Positions 61,935 through 64,000 of a stretch of 64,000 nucleotides of DNA are shown here, piece after piece (position 1 is the first letter of the stretch; each line of letters opens with the position of its first letter). This stretch comes from the human T2T-CHM13v2.0 reference genome, Homo sapiens. The stretch lies in assembly GCF_009914755.1 (NCBI RefSeq), contig NC_060930.1. The stretch is one strand, 5' to 3'. Below the pieces are notes generated by a model that worked only from the letters and a program-made list of their open reading frames with translations, did not search any database and had not been told where the DNA came from. Position numbers and translations under genes: made by a program.

Positions 61935-62110
61935 GGCCGGTGGTTCTAAACTTCAGTATGAGTAATGATCCTTAGAGAATATATGAAAATGCTTATTACT
62001 GAGCCTACATTCACAGATTCTGAGGGTCTGTGACCCAGGAATCTGCATTTTAAGAGGCACTTCAAGTAATTATGATGCAAATGGTCCAAGAATTCCACTG
62101 AAAAATACTG
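61935..62110. mobile_element. MER5-like DNA transposon
   Basis: GTGGTTCTAAACTT...CCAGGAATCTGCATTTTAA...GTAATTATGATGCA. Confidence 0.6.
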
Positions 62111-62386
62111 GTGTGTCTGCAGAATATTGGGGAATTCCTCAGCAAGGTGTCTGTTTTCGGGATGATCTGGGGGCCCTCATCTTGAAGCCTTTGCCTTGGG
62201 TTTATCTGTACATACTCAGAAGGGATTTCTCTTATTTCTCATGTTTGTCTGCATGCCATGCAAGGGGCTTACACTCAATAGGTGCTTAGTGGAAATGTGC
62301 TGGCCTGCCCTACGTGCAGAAAACCATGATTCTGCAGGTGAATGGGCTGGAGTGTAAGCAGTCTTTTATTTTCTTTTTTTAAATAG

Positions 62387-62777
62387 CAATGCAGAGTCCT
62401 CAGAGAAGAGATTCAGAATGAACAGCTTTGTGTCAGACTTTGGAAGACCTCTGGAGCCAGATAAAGTATTTTCTCGCCAAGGCAACGAGGAGTCCAGGTC
62501 TCTCTTTCACTGCTACATCAATGAGGTGGAACGCTTGGACAGAGCCAAAGCTTGTCACCAGACCACAGCCCTTGACAGTGACGTCCAACTCCAGGAAGCC
62601 ATCAGAAGCAGTGGGCAGCCAGAGGAGGAGCTGAACAGGCTCATGAAGTTTGACATCCCCAACTTTGTGAACACAGACCAGAACTACTTTGGGGAGGATG
62701 ATCTTCTGATTTCTGAACCACCTATTGTTCTGGAAACTAAGCCACTTTCCCAGACCTCACACAAAGACCTGGATTGA
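62387..62777 (+). CDS. MRAP2: MRAP2 coding exon 4 (C-terminal domain to stop): (D)NAESSEKRFRMNSFVSDFGRP...SQTSHKDLD*
   Basis: Acceptor TTTTTTTAAATAG|C; contains ORF 62418-62777; 127+100+391 = 618 nt = 205 aa + TGA. Confidence 0.97.
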
Positions 62778-64000
62778 GAAACATGCTCTGTAAAGGGTCT
62801 TCCTGAAGATGTGGATTCTATCTTTATGTAGCAAGAAATCTACATCCACCAAAATTGTGTGTGTTTGGGGGAGAGAGAGACATAGAGATAGAGACAGAGA
62901 GGCAGAGAAGAGACCCCTTTAGAAGAGAGCTGAGCTGATTAAGCTGAGTGGTTTTTTGTTTTGTTTTGTTTTTGCTTTTTAATACATTTGGAGCTTTGGG
63001 AGTATTAAAGTATTTACACCAAGCTTGTCCAACCCGTGGCATGTGTCCCAGGACAGCTTTGAATGTGGCCCAATACAAATTTTAAACTTTATTAAAACAT
63101 GAGTTTTGTTTTTTTTTTTGCTATTTTTTTTAAAGCTCGTCAGCTATCGTTAGTGTTAGTGTACTTTATGTGTGGCCCAAGACAACTCTTCTTCCAGTGT
63201 GGCACAGGGAAGCTAAAAGATTGGACACCTCTGATTTATACTAGCTCGTTTTGCTTGTTGAAAAATTTGGCCAAATACCTATTGTCAGCATTCTTGGGTG
63301 AGGATTAGCCTACCATGTTCTAATCTGGCCCTGCCACTACTATGCTCTACCTTTGGTGAGTTGCTTTACCTCTCTGGGCTGCCCCATTTTTAACTGTAGG
63401 TTGACAGGTCTAGAGTGATCCATCCCACCTCTAATATTTTGTGAATTTATGACTTTGCCTTCAGATGAGGCTGAGCTATACATAAAACAGTATAAACTAG
63501 GGTACTGCCTCGTATCTCTTGTAGGCTCTCTCAAATCTCTGTACCTTCCACTTAACCCTAATTGAGCCAAGCTTTAGTCAGGGGATCTGGTTGTCTACCA
63601 GAATGTCAGGAGACTCATCTTACACAGTCATGGTGGCCAATGTTTCTGGTGGGTTGTGCTGAAACAGCTCTTCTGAGAACTTCCAACCACCCATGCTCTA
63701 ACCTGGAGACAGCCATCCCCTGCCTCAGAATAAGTACCAATTCGTAGTACATGTATGGTACTCTTGTCCCCAAGAAATGTTAGGAAGCTTGTCAGCTGAA
63801 TGAGAGGAGGTGCCTTCTGGGTATCTCTGTGTTGGTGTATCTGTGCCATTGGCTACAGAACAAGAAAAATACTATTTGCCATGCTATTACCTTGGCAGAT
63901 GTGTAGGTGATAGTCATCTGGCTTTGAGCTGAGATGGTCAGTGGGTTGTAAATTCCCCACTAGCAGATATTCAGGGTGGCCTGAGTTATGTAAACAAGTG
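62778..64000 (+). other. MRAP2: MRAP2 3'UTR (end probably beyond the window); includes a (TG)/(AG) tract at ~62857-62912
   Basis: Follows the stop codon; I saw no AATAAA here, only ATTAAA at 63004 and 63091. Confidence 0.75.
63020..63233. mobile_element. MER30 DNA transposon in the 3'UTR
   Basis: Homologous to 47076-47295; 8-bp TSD ATTTACAC / ATTTATAC. Confidence 0.88.

Noticed and set aside
62418-62777. 119-aa ORF as a stand-alone gene
   Set aside because: It is the in-frame C-terminal part of MRAP2 exon 4

Overview
Primate (very probably human) genomic DNA containing almost all of MRAP2 (melanocortin 2 receptor accessory protein 2) on the + strand. It has a CpG-island promoter with a non-coding exon 1 (~7.0-7.17 kb) and three coding exons (28610-28736, 36184-36283, 62387-62777). 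These splice at canonical GT/AG sites into a 618-nt, 205-aa ORF with an NRT sequon, the YEYY motif, LKAHKYS, one TM helix and a C-terminal tail. The 3'UTR probably runs past the window end. The introns are largely transposable elements: Alus, a twin-primed L1, a near full-length L1PB-type element, an antisense LTR12 solo LTR, a two-LTR THE1 element, and a two-LTR MER65-like ERV1 provirus with nested insertions, plus MER/MADE DNA transposons. I found no convincing new multi-gene system and no RNA gene or CRISPR array. The most unusual items are: (i) a ~196-bp direct duplication bracketing the start-codon exon, with one copy wrapped in a 27-bp inverted repeat; (ii) exons 2+3 totalling 234 nt, so a back-spliced circle would be a stop-free ORF encoding tandem N-terminus+TM units; (iii) an AUGA stop/start overlap created by exon-3 skipping; (iv) LTR-borne candidate promoters in intron 1; (v) an Alu-L1 composite insertion. 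Repeat family names come from recalled consensus features, not a database search, and repeat boundaries are approximate unless TSDs are quoted.
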